The position numbers and the translations under genes were made by a program. From positions 1-47,688 of IMG/VR virus record IMGVR_UViG_3300012940_000009: a stretch of 47,688 nt of DNA; one strand, 5' to 3'. Below the pieces are notes generated by a model. The model did not search any database and was not told the DNA's origin. It saw only the letters and a program-made list of their open reading frames with translations. Positions 33,123-42,421 of this stretch are shown here, in pieces. How positions within the stretch are numbered: the first letter of the stretch is position 1; each line of letters opens with the position of its first letter. Source of the DNA: a virus. Its lineage: Duplodnaviria > Caudoviricetes.

Positions 33123-34169
33123 TCACCTTTTCCGGCCTCTCGCCCGCTTGGCAGATTCGGTCGGCAGGAGATCGGCGCGCTGGCTGATCTCGCTGGCGAC
33201 GACATGATTGTAGATCGCCGCCGAATTCGCGTCGGTCCATCGCCCGGTTTCCACAAGATCGCGGCTATCGAGCCCGCCATAACGTCGCATCCAGGTGGCG
33301 TAGGTGTGCCGGAGGACGTGATAGCCGGTGCGCTTCGGCAGCGTGATCCCGGCCTTCTTCAGCGCCGTTCCCAGCCATGTGTAGAGCCGGCCGCATTTCC
33401 GCATGCGGAACACTGTCTGTCCGGGACGATCCAGCCCTCTCGGATGATTGGCCAGCGCCACGATGATCGGGCGCGGCAGGTAGACCGGCTGCGGCTCCCC
33501 GTTCTTTGTCTCGGGCAGATAGGCGAATTGCTCCGACAATCTCAATCGGTCGCAGGAAAGCCCCGTGGTGGCCTCTGACAGGCGAAGTCCGGTGTAGCAA
33601 AGGGTGCGGACGAAGATCCCGAATTCGGCGTCTATCGAGTCCGCAGCCTTGAACAGCGCAAAGGCCTGTTCCGGCCAGAGCCATGTCACACGCCGCTTGC
33701 CGCGCCAGCCCTTCGGCCGCTTCACCTCGCGATCTATTCCCGAATGCTTCAGGACGGCAGAGACCGGGGTATGGACTTGCCGGTTGATCGTCGGCGCCGG
33801 GGCGTTCGGGTACAGCTCCGTCGCCGCGTCATCGATCGCCTGTTGCGTGACATCGGGCAGGGTGAGCGGGCCCAACACGCGCGCCAGCCCGTCCCACACG
33901 CCGGTCTCCTCGTCGTAGGAGCCGAGGAATCGAAGATCGCCGCCGGCCTTTCCGTAGCGCACGATGGCGTCAAGGAATGTCGGCTCGCTGTCTACGGCCC
34001 CGGAAAACTCACCACGTTCGATTTCGCCTTCCCAGAGCTTGAGCTTTGCGCGCGCCTTTGCCTGGACAGTAAATTTTGTGCTTCGGTCAAGGTAGATGCC
34101 GCAATGCGTCCCTCGGACATACCAGTACGGCGTCTTTCCGGGGCGGGGCGGGATGAGAGTAAGCGGCAT
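33123..34169 (-). CDS. int: Tyrosine integrase
   Basis: YTGLRLSEA (R), ETKNG (K), HVLRHTYATW (HxxR), GRW, IYNH (Y). Confidence 0.93.
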   Translation of the reverse strand: MPLTLIPPRPGKTPYWYVRGTHCGIYLDRSTKFTVQAKARAKLKLWEGEIERGEFSGAVDSEPTFLDAIVRYGKAGGDLRFLGSYDEETGVWDGLARVLGPLTLPDVTQQAIDDAATELYPNAPAPTINRQVHTPVSAVLKHSGIDREVKRPKGWRGKRRVTWLWPEQAFALFKAADSIDAEFGIFVRTLCYTGLRLSEATTGLSCDRLRLSEQFAYLPETKNGEPQPVYLPRPIIVALANHPRGLDRPGQTVFRMRKCGRLYTWLGTALKKAGITLPKRTGYHVLRHTYATWMRRYGGLDSRDLVETGRWTDANSAAIYNHVVASEISQRADLLPTESAKRARGRKR

Positions 34170-34339
34170 CGTGCGGCCTCTTCCAAAAGGGCTTTAATCT
34201 GCTCGATATGCTTGGCGTAGAAAATCTTCTTGTGGCCATTTAAGGCATAGATCGCGCGCCCGCGCACCAAGTCCTGAAGCTTCCGCCGCGACACACCGAC
34301 TTCCTCGGCAGCCTGTTGCATCGTCCATGCCCTAGCCAT
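33992..34339 (-). CDS. Excisionase-like HTH protein
   Basis: WTMQQAAEEVGVSRRKLQDLV winged-HTH; directly upstream of int and overlapping it. Confidence 0.7.
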   Translation of the reverse strand: MARAWTMQQAAEEVGVSRRKLQDLVRGRAIYALNGHKKIFYAKHIEQIKALLEEAARCRLLSSRPAPERRRTGMSEGRIAASTLTEAQNLLSRQRRAQSSSSGKAKSNVVSFPGP

Positions 34340-34366
34340 CCCGGCCCCCATCTTTGAGGGTGGAGG

Positions 34367-35056
34367 TCATGCGGCTTCTCCGTCATCAAAAAGCTTTGGC
34401 TGAAGGGGGGGGGGTTGGATCTTCGGAAGCTCAACAAACATATCCGGCTGCTTCAGAGCCTCGGATATGCGGCGACAGGCGATGTCGAAGTACTTGTGGT
34501 CGATTTCGATGCCGGTGAATTCGCGCCCGCTCTTTATGCATGCCACTCCGGTCGTGCCGGATCCCATGAAGGGGTCGAGGATTGTTTGCGCTCGGCCAAT
34601 TGCACGGAGCGTAAACAGCATCACTGCAAGCGGCTTTTGGGTTGGATGCCCTACTCGTTCCGCGTTAGTGGCGCTGATTGAATGGCTTATCTGCCGAGCA
34701 TTCTGATCAATATTGGTCCAGGCAAGCTCAACGCTTGCCATGCTCGGAGGGGCGTCCGGCTTGAACCACGAAAGCCACCCCCGCGAAGGCTTAAGACCGT
34801 AATAGTTTCCGCCCCAAACAACCTGCTTTTCGCCTAATGCCAACAAATTATGGAGATCGATTACGGCGCTGTCATCCCATGCTTCAGGCGCGTGACCTGC
34901 TCGCCGCTGCCATTTTGTTGGTTGAGCCGCAAAGCCTATTCCATAAGGCGGGTCTGTCACGACGGCGTCGAACTTGCCGAGCGTCGGCAATATCTCCCGG
35001 CAATCGCCAAGATACAGCGTCACCCCTTCCGCAAGATGTTCCACACGCCCGCTCAT
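34367..35056 (-). CDS. DNA methyltransferase, N4C/N6A beta class
   Basis: LYLGDCRE, VTDPPYG, HPTQKP, ILDPFMGSGTTG. Confidence 0.92.
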   Translation of the reverse strand: MSGRVEHLAEGVTLYLGDCREILPTLGKFDAVVTDPPYGIGFAAQPTKWQRRAGHAPEAWDDSAVIDLHNLLALGEKQVVWGGNYYGLKPSRGWLSWFKPDAPPSMASVELAWTNIDQNARQISHSISATNAERVGHPTQKPLAVMLFTLRAIGRAQTILDPFMGSGTTGVACIKSGREFTGIEIDHKYFDIACRRISEALKQPDMFVELPKIQPPPLQPKLFDDGEAA

Positions 35057-35099
35057 TTCCGGCACCCTTCTGTCATGCTGCGGATCTTCCCCATCCCCA

Positions 35100-35378
35100 T
35101 TACTCCGCGCTATCGAGGGCTTGGCGGCCGGCGGTGTCTTGACAATCACACCATCCTCGATAGTAGGCTTCGATGAAGGTTTGCCGGACTAAGGCGTCGA
35201 TGCAGGCTTCGGCGCGGGCAATGAACTTCTCTCGCACATCATCCGGCGCCGACGTGTTGAGGCGTGCAACGGAGACGACGTTCTTGATCGTCTCGACAAT
35301 CTTTGCGTCAGCCATCCATTTGTCCGCAAAGCCCTCGATAGCATCAAGCGCTCGCTCGTGAGGTTCACTCCGCTTCAT
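35100..35378 (-). CDS. Hypothetical protein
   Basis: Tiled early-left ORF; start chosen by the upstream AGGAAG. Confidence 0.55.
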   Translation of the reverse strand: MKRSEPHERALDAIEGFADKWMADAKIVETIKNVVSVARLNTSAPDDVREKFIARAEACIDALVRQTFIEAYYRGWCDCQDTAGRQALDSAE

Positions 35379-35712
35379 TTGCTGCTTCCTTTTCGAGGAG
35401 GGCTGTAAGGACTGCAAGAATGATCGCCAGGGGAGCAGTAGCCGCCTGTGACCTCCATTCGCTGCCTCGATAGCCATGTTCGACCACGGGCCAGCGTTTC
35501 GGGCCGTCTTCACCGGCAAACTTTATCTCCAACCACATGTACGGCAGCGCCCGCTCACAAAGAGCCAGAGCTGCGTCGATGGAGGAGGTGAAGTCCTCGC
35601 TGTCGTCCACGTAGGATGCGATTTCGAGCGCGTTGCTGATATCGACGGCGAGTTCGTGGTCTGGCCCCGCGGACTGTCGAACCCTCTCCCTCAGCTTCAC
35701 CAGTTCATCCAT
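35365..35712 (-). CDS. Hypothetical phage protein
   Basis: GPDHELAVDI...FTSSIDAALAL.ERALP...AATAPLAI motif; AGGAG RBS. Confidence 0.7.
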   Translation of the reverse strand: MDELVKLRERVRQSAGPDHELAVDISNALEIASYVDDSEDFTSSIDAALALCERALPYMWLEIKFAGEDGPKRWPVVEHGYRGSEWRSQAATAPLAIILAVLTALLEKEAANEAE

Positions 35713-36010
35713 TGGGTGTCTCCTGGGTGAGGGAAGCGGCTAGACGGCCGGCCGTGTAGGACCAGCGATACAGGTCGTCAGGATGTGCACCCTCGGGAAC
35801 ATGCGTTCGCACATGCCGGGCGCATTCTGCCTTGGCTTCGTCTAGGGCGGATTGAGCGGCTGCGATGATCTCGGATCGCGTCTTGTGAAGGGTGTAATGG
35901 CGCAGGCCAGAACCTGCCGCGTGCAGAATCGCGTCAGCCATGCGCTCTGCGGCTGACGGGACGCCGGGGACAGGCTCCTGCCAGCCCGAAGATGCAGTCG
36001 TGTTAGGCAT
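35705..36010 (-). CDS. Hypothetical protein
   Basis: GGAGGAG RBS; overlapping tiling. Confidence 0.6.
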   Translation of the reverse strand: MPNTTASSGWQEPVPGVPSAAERMADAILHAAGSGLRHYTLHKTRSEIIAAAQSALDEAKAECARHVRTHVPEGAHPDDLYRWSYTAGRLAASLTQETPNG

Positions 36011-36239
36011 TGGTAGACTCCTCCAGTTCGGAGAGGCGATCTTTCGCAGCGTCGTGTACGGCCAAGAGGCGCTGTTGCTCGTCTTTGCAGATGTCGATGA
36101 TCTTTTGCGCGGCAGCGTTGCTGTCGACGCCGCCAAGCACATTACCGCCCTCTAGGATGGACACGACGCTGGCAAAGACGACGAGGTTCGTATGCGCGTT
36201 GCAGGCGATCCTCAGCTCTTTCTTGCGGGATTCGATCAT
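36003..36239 (-). CDS. Hypothetical protein
   Basis: ATGA coupling; GAGGG RBS. Confidence 0.6.
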   Translation of the reverse strand: MIESRKKELRIACNAHTNLVVFASVVSILEGGNVLGGVDSNAAAQKIIDICKDEQQRLLAVHDAAKDRLSELEESTNA

Positions 36240-36463
36240 GGGCGGACCCTCGCAATGGACTTGATCGAAACCGTCCATACATCGCGGATGTTAATCGCCG
36301 CCTTGAAGGCCTGTTTCTCGGCGTCGTTCCAGTTGCGCGCGGGAACCGTCAGCGTCACATCCCGTGTCGGGAAGTCCAGTTCGTTCGACGCGAGATAGGG
36401 GTGTCTTCCGTCAAGATGGACGACTACTTCAAACGGGTATCGTTTGCGCTGAAAGATGCTCAT
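36236..36463 (-). CDS. Hypothetical protein
   Basis: ATGA coupling; AAGGAG RBS. Confidence 0.6.
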   Translation of the reverse strand: MSIFQRKRYPFEVVVHLDGRHPYLASNELDFPTRDVTLTVPARNWNDAEKQAFKAAINIRDVWTVSIKSIARVRP

Positions 36464-36996
36464 TCCGCATCTCCTTCCCGATCTGCGCGCTTGAGGGATT
36501 CGAGGGCCGCGCGAATAGCCGCAGTCATACCGTCATCGCTCAGGCAGACCGCGCCGGCCGTCATCCGATAGGCATATTTCGCGGCAGACAGGACGCCTGA
36601 TGTAATCACTTCCGCCCGTATAGCTGCGGTGTCAGGCGGGGAAACTGACAGCTCGCCGTTTTCGCCCTTACGCCATACTTCGCACAATCCGACGAGCCTG
36701 ATTGCTCCGGCGCGGGTGATGGTCTGCTCTGGCAGCATATCAATGTCGTACAGTAACGACAGAAGGCCGGGGCGCTCGTTGATAAACTTCCCGTAGCCCT
36801 TCAGGATATCCGTGACGCCATCGTCGCGCACTGGCCATTCCTGCTTCGGCTTGGCCGCTTCATAGGCGAGGATGGCGGCTTCGATGATCGTGTCGCACTC
36901 GTGCATCGCAGTGAAGGGGCCGTTAGGGTATCGGACAGAGCGACGACCGGCTTCTTTCGCAGCCTCTAGCGCCCCTTCGTCTAGTACGGGCATCAT
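36460..36996 (-). CDS. Hypothetical protein
   Basis: Tiled early-left ORF coupled to the HNH stop. Confidence 0.6.
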   Translation of the reverse strand: MMPVLDEGALEAAKEAGRRSVRYPNGPFTAMHECDTIIEAAILAYEAAKPKQEWPVRDDGVTDILKGYGKFINERPGLLSLLYDIDMLPEQTITRAGAIRLVGLCEVWRKGENGELSVSPPDTAAIRAEVITSGVLSAAKYAYRMTAGAVCLSDDGMTAAIRAALESLKRADREGDAE

Positions 36997-37481
36997 GCTT
37001 TTCTTCTCCCTTTGACTATCCCCACGATGGTCGTTGGGCTGACTCCATAGCGCGCTGCGATGGTCCTGATTGCTGCGCCACTCCGGCGTTCCGCGATAAT
37101 TACGGGTAGCAGCGCATCAGGAACCTTCACGTTCGGATTATTGTCGCCGCGGCGGCGCCCACCCCATCTGTGGTGGCCCGGCCCCTGGCAGCGCCCGCGC
37201 GCGCTGCGATCCCGCATGTTGTCTAGGTGTGTACCGGCGTAGAGATGGGCGGGGTTCACGCACCAGGGGTTGTCGCAGCGGTGGCAGACGAAATAGCCGG
37301 GCGGAATTGGCCCGTTGAAGTGTTCGCACGAGAACCGATGCGCGGGGACCGATTGCCCGCCAACCTTGATCCTGCCGTACATGCGGAGCGTCAGGGTCCC
37401 CATCCAGATCCAGCAGCCGGTATTCGGCTCTGGCATCGCGAAGGCCATGAATCGATCGATGGGGCTTGGGTGCCTGCCCAT
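36993..37481 (-). mobile_element. HNH homing endonuclease (paralog of 26842-27321)
   Basis: PEPNTGCWIWMG, AHRFS, VCHRCDNPWCVNPAHLYAGTHLDNMRD, C-terminal HTH. Confidence 0.88.
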
Positions 37482-37484
37482 GTC

Positions 37485-38507
37485 TCACCCTCCCCGTGCC
37501 GGCGGGAGGGGAACGCCTACGGCTTTTGCCAGAAGCTCAAGGCAGACGTTCGGATCGAATGGCCGGTCTCCCGACGCTTCCTCCCACATCGCGCTCTTGG
37601 CAGCACCCCAAGGCGTGAACCACAGTGTAAGCACTTCGCGGATGCGCGTGGCTGCCTCAATGCCGGATAGCCCGGTTTCGCCGATCAGGGCTTTTTGCAG
37701 CGCATCGAAGTTTTCCCTCCACCCAACAGAGGGCGAGGAGAGAAGGGGAGCGGCGGCATTGTCGAGCGCGGTCATCGCGTCCAAAGCTGTCGAATGGATG
37801 GCCTGCACGCCTTGCTCGGGGCATCCCGCAGAACTTGAACCGGCGGCGTCAGACGCAATTGATGCGAAAGCGTCGACAGCGGCCGTAATTGCCGCACGCG
37901 GCACCAGCACGTAATCACCGGCTGGTGGGTGACTGAGGGCGGGCGCCATTGCGTCGTCATAGCGCTGCTTGAATAGTCCGACGCGGCCTTCCATGCGCGC
38001 GAGCATCGACTGGGGATCAGCCGCAGAATCGCTGCCGCCGCCTAGCGAGGCGGTATACTCGCCGTCGCCGAATGTCCGCAGGTCAGCATCGGCGACACCG
38101 CGCGAATACCCGTCCTCTACGCCAAGCTTGTACGCCTCATCAGGATCGTCCTCCCCCACCACTGCTGTAGAGGCAAGGGCTCGCGAGATCGCTGCCTGGT
38201 TGGCGTACAGGCGTTCGGCCCAGTCGCCTTCGTGGCAGTTAAAGCCGGTCTGCGCGCCTTCGGAGACGATGGCTCTCGTTGCTTTCAGCGCCTCCTTCAA
38301 TCCGGCTTCTGACTGAGGGCGGGTGTTCCATGACCGAACATGCTCTTCGTTGTCCGTCCAGATTGTTGTGATGCCTGCGAGGAAGCACACGTTCTTCTTG
38401 TCGATCGGGTGCGTGTACAGCATCCCGCCGTTCGGCTTGCGGTATCCGGAGCTTTTGACGAGCGGGCGAGCGCACAGCGGACACGTCTTCAATTCCTGGC
38501 TGCTCAT
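37485..38507 (-). CDS. Mosaic early protein with a Lar-like N-terminus
   Basis: ELKTCPLC...WNTRP resembles the Lar restriction-alleviation family; the rest is unassigned. Confidence 0.55.
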   Translation of the reverse strand: MSSQELKTCPLCARPLVKSSGYRKPNGGMLYTHPIDKKNVCFLAGITTIWTDNEEHVRSWNTRPQSEAGLKEALKATRAIVSEGAQTGFNCHEGDWAERLYANQAAISRALASTAVVGEDDPDEAYKLGVEDGYSRGVADADLRTFGDGEYTASLGGGSDSAADPQSMLARMEGRVGLFKQRYDDAMAPALSHPPAGDYVLVPRAAITAAVDAFASIASDAAGSSSAGCPEQGVQAIHSTALDAMTALDNAAAPLLSSPSVGWRENFDALQKALIGETGLSGIEAATRIREVLTLWFTPWGAAKSAMWEEASGDRPFDPNVCLELLAKAVGVPLPPARGG

Positions 38508-38509
38508 GG

Positions 38510-38839
38510 TCAGGACACTCCTTGGGATTTGGAGATGGCGGAGCGAACGCGCTTCCAGTTTGCTTTTGCGTCTGGACGCAGCGCTGAGCTGTCCGGACCG
38601 TCTCGGAAATGCTTCGACATATAGCGGTCATGCGCCTTCAGGGCGGCCAGCATGCGCGGGGCTGCGGCGATCAAATGCCGATCTGCCGGTCGCTCTACGC
38701 CATACATCAGGCCGAAACTGTCGCCGCCGCGCACAACAACGATCGTGTCGTTGGCGGCTGTTATGCATTCCGGCCCCGACCCGTCAGAAAACCCGACGCG
38801 CCAAGGCCCCGCCGCATGCACTGCCTCTGTGGATGTCAT
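38510..38839 (-). CDS. Hypothetical phage protein (GPW...LIAAAP family)
   Basis: HAAGPWRV...HLIAAAPRMLAALK; AGGAG RBS. Confidence 0.7.
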   Translation of the reverse strand: MTSTEAVHAAGPWRVGFSDGSGPECITAANDTIVVVRGGDSFGLMYGVERPADRHLIAAAPRMLAALKAHDRYMSKHFRDGPDSSALRPDAKANWKRVRSAISKSQGVS

Positions 38840-38849
38840 GGGCGATCTC

Positions 38850-39101
38850 CTAGAACGGCATCTGGTGGGGATCTTCGTATCCGATGGCCAGTTGATGGGC
38901 CGGATAGCGGTAGGCGATCTCTTCGCCGCGATAGATTGCTACCCACGGCACATGGGCGTACTCGCCACATTCGTTGTAGGCGATGATGGCCGTGATGTTC
39001 TCCGTGCCGACAGTGAAGTTGTTGCCGGACGGGCCGCAGAACACGCTGGTGATCGGGCGCTCGTCCTCAACAATCGTCGGCACCTTCTTTGTCTCGCTCA
39101 T
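38850..39101 (-). CDS. Hypothetical protein
   Basis: ATGA coupling; purine-rich RBS. Confidence 0.65.
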   Translation of the reverse strand: MSETKKVPTIVEDERPITSVFCGPSGNNFTVGTENITAIIAYNECGEYAHVPWVAIYRGEEIAYRYPAHQLAIGYEDPHQMPF

Positions 39102-39247
39102 GGGCGTCCCTTCCTTGCTCTGCGCTTCTTGTCGTAGTCACGCTTGCGCTGCTTGCGTTCGATGTATTTCTTGAGAAGAGCGTTTTTCTCATCCCGAAGG
39201 CGGAGCCATTCACGGCTTGCGCGTGTAGGCATGGCGAGGGTGGTCAT
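39098..39247 (-). CDS. Small basic hypothetical protein
   Basis: AAGGAG RBS; ATGA coupling at both ends. Confidence 0.5.
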   Translation of the reverse strand: MTTLAMPTRASREWLRLRDEKNALLKKYIERKQRKRDYDKKRRARKGRP

Positions 39248-39648
39248 GGGCGCGGCTCCTTCAGAACGCGACCAGTCTTCCGGCATGTGATCATGCCGTT
39301 CATGTGATGCTTTTGGCCGGAGGCTTTGCTGCCTGGAATGATGTGCTTTGGGCCGGTGATGCCGTAGCGACGCTTCAGAGCGTTGTTACGCTTGGCGCGG
39401 GTTGCGGCTTCGGCCTTGGTCTTAACCTTGTGCCACGCGGGAAGTGCGGGCGCGAGATTGCTTTCACGGTTCTCGCCGCCAGCCTCAAGCGGAACTATGT
39501 GCTCAAGCTCCCACTTGTCACCCTCGCCAATCTTCGTGCCTGAGATGTGGCATCGGCGGTCGTACCGTTCGAATATGCGCAGCGCGACGGCTGGCGGGCA
39601 TTTCGAATCCGGCGTCTTTCCGATCCATTCCTTGACCTCACGCGGCAT
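39244..39648 (-). CDS. HNH nuclease (nin-region type)
   Basis: RCHISG, WELEHIVPLEAGGENRESNLAPA...HKVKT; follows ninB. Confidence 0.8.
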   Translation of the reverse strand: MPREVKEWIGKTPDSKCPPAVALRIFERYDRRCHISGTKIGEGDKWELEHIVPLEAGGENRESNLAPALPAWHKVKTKAEAATRAKRNNALKRRYGITGPKHIIPGSKASGQKHHMNGMITCRKTGRVLKEPRP

Positions 39649-40042
39649 AAGAGTCCTCCGCATCGTCGTGGAACTTCACGCCATGCTGCGCGCCGAAGGC
39701 TGCGATCAACTCCATCAGATCGCCCATTTCGGCTTTCGACAGATCGGACGAGGAGCGGCCCAGGTTCACAAACCCGTTGCCGTCCACGTTCGGGACCATG
39801 CGTACTTCGCGCTTCAAGGCGTCGAGGAAGACCAGCTTCCAGTCATCAGGCGACAGCTTCACGCCATGCCATGTCAGTTGACGCGCCACGTCACTGACCA
39901 TCGCCCAAAACCTCGCGTTTTGGGGCAGGCTGCGCTTGGTTTCCTTGAATTCGACGCGGGTGCCGTGCGGAGCGGTCATCGCCCAATTGGCGGCGCGCTG
40001 GCGGTCTGCGTCAGTGCGAATGATCACGAGGGCGCGGCTCAT
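39638..40042 (-). CDS. ninB: NinB/Orf-family recombination protein
   Basis: KRSLPQNARFWAMVSDVARQL, DWK.VF, SSSDLSKAEMGDLMELI.AFGAQHGV. Confidence 0.85.
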   Translation of the reverse strand: MSRALVIIRTDADRQRAANWAMTAPHGTRVEFKETKRSLPQNARFWAMVSDVARQLTWHGVKLSPDDWKLVFLDALKREVRMVPNVDGNGFVNLGRSSSDLSKAEMGDLMELIAAFGAQHGVKFHDDAEDSYAA

Positions 40043-40470
40043 CAGAAGGGAATATCCTCTGAGTTGGCCGGCGCAGCCTGGCGCGAGTGATCGTCGTAGG
40101 AAGACTGTTCGCCCTGCGGCTTGTCGTCAAGGAGCGTCAGGACGCTGTTGAAGCCCTGAAGCACGACTTCGGTGCTGTACTTCTCGACGCCGGCCTGATC
40201 CGTCCATTTGCGGGTCTGAAGGGCGCCTTCGATGTAGACGCTCGATCCCTTGCGCAAATAACTTTCGGCAATCTTGCAAAGGCCCTCGTTCCAAATGACG
40301 ACGCGATGCCACTCGGAGCGCTCTTTACGCTCGCCAGTGTTCTTGTCGCGCCATGTATCCGAAGTCGCGACCCGCAAGTTCACGACAGGCTTGCCGTCCT
40401 GCAATCGCCTGACTTCGGGGTCAGCCCCGAGCCGGCCGATCAGAATGACTTTGTTGACGCTTCCAGACAT
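40042..40470 (-). CDS. ssb: Single-stranded DNA-binding protein
   Basis: [39 protein letters not shown]-terminal DIPF; Rhizobiales-like. Confidence 0.97.
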   Translation of the reverse strand: MSGSVNKVILIGRLGADPEVRRLQDGKPVVNLRVATSDTWRDKNTGERKERSEWHRVVIWNEGLCKIAESYLRKGSSVYIEGALQTRKWTDQAGVEKYSTEVVLQGFNSVLTLLDDKPQGEQSSYDDHSRQAAPANSEDIPF

Positions 40471-40474
40471 GTGG

Positions 40475-41140
40475 TTACCCCGCTCTCAGAAGTTCGCCAA
40501 CGCGGTCCATGCGCTGGCCGGATGATCGGTCGTATTGGCGAAGGCGCTCGCAAACATGGGCGAGTTCGATGTTGAACTGCCGCACGGCCTCCGCGAGTTT
40601 CGCGATGTATTCCTCGTCACGCTCGACCGTCACGCGGAGCAGGGGGAGCTTCGGGCAGTAGCTCACGAAGTCCCACCATTTGCGTTCGGCAAGCCAAAGG
40701 CCGCCCTGAACCTGGGCCTTGTGTTCCGGCGGCAGATCGCCACGAAACAGGCGCTCGACCTGTATGTGCGGGAGGGCTGTCTTGATCTCCAGCCCGCCAT
40801 CGTCTCCGATCAGCGAGTCCGGCGAGCATCCGGCGTTGCCGTTGCGGATGAAGCCGACTTTCAACGGCTCGCAATCGGCCATGAAGGCGTACAGGTCGCG
40901 CGCCTCGTCCTCCAGGAGCTTGCCGCGCTCCATGTGGCCGTTGCTGTACGTCTCCGCGATTTCGCCGGTAATCATCTCGCCGGCCAGCCGGTAGAGATAC
41001 GCCTTGCGGGTTTTGCTGTCCCCGCCGTCCTTACCCTTGGCCATGATGGTCGAGAACTCGGACGCCGTAGGAATGCCGAGCCGGGCGGCGAACCACTCCG
41101 GAGACCCCTGTTCGCAGTTGATGATCTGCATGCCGGGCAT
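40475..41140 (-). CDS. YqaJ/lambda-exonuclease family protein
   Basis: [36 protein letters not shown]. Confidence 0.92.
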   Translation of the reverse strand: MPGMQIINCEQGSPEWFAARLGIPTASEFSTIMAKGKDGGDSKTRKAYLYRLAGEMITGEIAETYSNGHMERGKLLEDEARDLYAFMADCEPLKVGFIRNGNAGCSPDSLIGDDGGLEIKTALPHIQVERLFRGDLPPEHKAQVQGGLWLAERKWWDFVSYCPKLPLLRVTVERDEEYIAKLAEAVRQFNIELAHVCERLRQYDRSSGQRMDRVGELLRAG

Positions 41141-41904
41141 CAGCGCTTCCTCTTGGCTTCGAGCATTGTGAGGGCTTCGTTGAAGCGGGAGGACGGCAAA
41201 TCCACGACGGCTTCGATCTTGAAGAAGCGGCAGAACTTCGGAACGTCCGCACTTGTCTCGTCGAACAGCGTCTGAAGCTTCTGGCGCTGCGCATCGGAGA
41301 TAACGCCGGGCGCATCTGCCGCAGCCCCGTCATCGTCTTCATCCTTGGTGCGGATGTTCAGAAGCATCGTGGCGGCGTAGCGCTTGCCATAGGAAAGCGA
41401 CGACCCGACCGCCTGAACCGCGTTCTTCGACCCGGAGGAGTCGTGCGGTAGGGTGACTGCCGTTTCCTCGCTATGGCCGTCGATGTGCTGAAGAACGCCA
41501 GTAACGACGATCTTGCCGTCTGCCGCCATTCCTGAGCGGAACGACAGGACGAGCCCGTGCCGGTCGAGGATCGGCGCGATCTTCTCGTCGATGTCTTCCC
41601 ACTTGGCGAACGGGGTAACCTGGTCGGGCTTGCCGTCCTTGCCGGGAATCTTGATCTTGCCGCGCTTTTCGATGATGGGCAGGTCAGGCTTCACAGCCTT
41701 GAGCGCCGCGACGTAAGCCGCCTTGGCATTCTGCGCCATGATGCGCTCGCGCATGGACAGCATACGCTCCAGCGCGTCCACATTGACGTTCGGATCGCGG
41801 GCGAGGCGCTCCACCATCGCGAGGAAGGCTTCGCCCTCACTGGCGGTTGCCGGCGGCAGCATGGCGGCTCTCGCCGTCGTGGCCTGAATGGCGATGTCGT
41901 TCAC
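41140..41904 (-). CDS. ERF-family single-strand annealing protein
   Basis: FAKWEDI...PIL..HGL, QAVGSSLSYGKRY, EDDDG. Confidence 0.9.
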   Translation of the reverse strand: MNDIAIQATTARAAMLPPATASEGEAFLAMVERLARDPNVNVDALERMLSMRERIMAQNAKAAYVAALKAVKPDLPIIEKRGKIKIPGKDGKPDQVTPFAKWEDIDEKIAPILDRHGLVLSFRSGMAADGKIVVTGVLQHIDGHSEETAVTLPHDSSGSKNAVQAVGSSLSYGKRYAATMLLNIRTKDEDDDGAAADAPGVISDAQRQKLQTLFDETSADVPKFCRFFKIEAVVDLPSSRFNEALTMLEAKRKR

Positions 41905-42242
41905 GCTGCTACTCCCTTCGTGAGTTCAGCCGCATTCCTGTAAATCTGAGCGCGTGTGCGCTTGTATGAGAGCGTCTCCGCGAGCAGGGCGCCGTAGATC
42001 ACGCTGTCGCCGGGATCGGCCCGGTGCATGTCGCGCAGCGTGTCGATAAGGCCCGCTTGCCCCTGCTTCTGGACGATGATCCAGATGAACCGCTGTTCGG
42101 CGCGGATTGTTGAACGCCCGAGCGCCGCGAGGTATGATGCAAGCCAATCCCGGCTGTAGTGACGGCGGGCATAGAGCTTGGCGCGCGTGACGTTCGGCTT
42201 TTCATGTGAAACACGCTCGGGGACCAGAAAATACCGCGTCAT
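41901..42242 (-). CDS. Hypothetical protein
   Basis: Coupled to neighbours (ATGA/GTGA). Confidence 0.55.
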   Translation of the reverse strand: MTRYFLVPERVSHEKPNVTRAKLYARRHYSRDWLASYLAALGRSTIRAEQRFIWIIVQKQGQAGLIDTLRDMHRADPGDSVIYGALLAETLSYKRTRAQIYRNAAELTKGVAA

Positions 42243-42421
42243 GACATCACCGCGTCGGCTAGGAGTTCTTCGAACCACGAGTGGCGCTTGGCCGACCTCA
42301 TGATCCAGCGCTCGACGCCCTTCAGCCGCTTCATCGTGAAGGGCCGGTAGATGCGCCAGTTGCGTCCGGACAGCGCGACCGCGACTTCGCTATCCCCGAG
42401 GGTTAGGTCGATGTATTCCAT
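42239..42421 (-). CDS. Hypothetical protein
   Basis: AAGGAG RBS; TGATG coupling. Confidence 0.55.
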   Translation of the reverse strand: MEYIDLTLGDSEVAVALSGRNWRIYRPFTMKRLKGVERWIMRSAKRHSWFEELLADAVMS

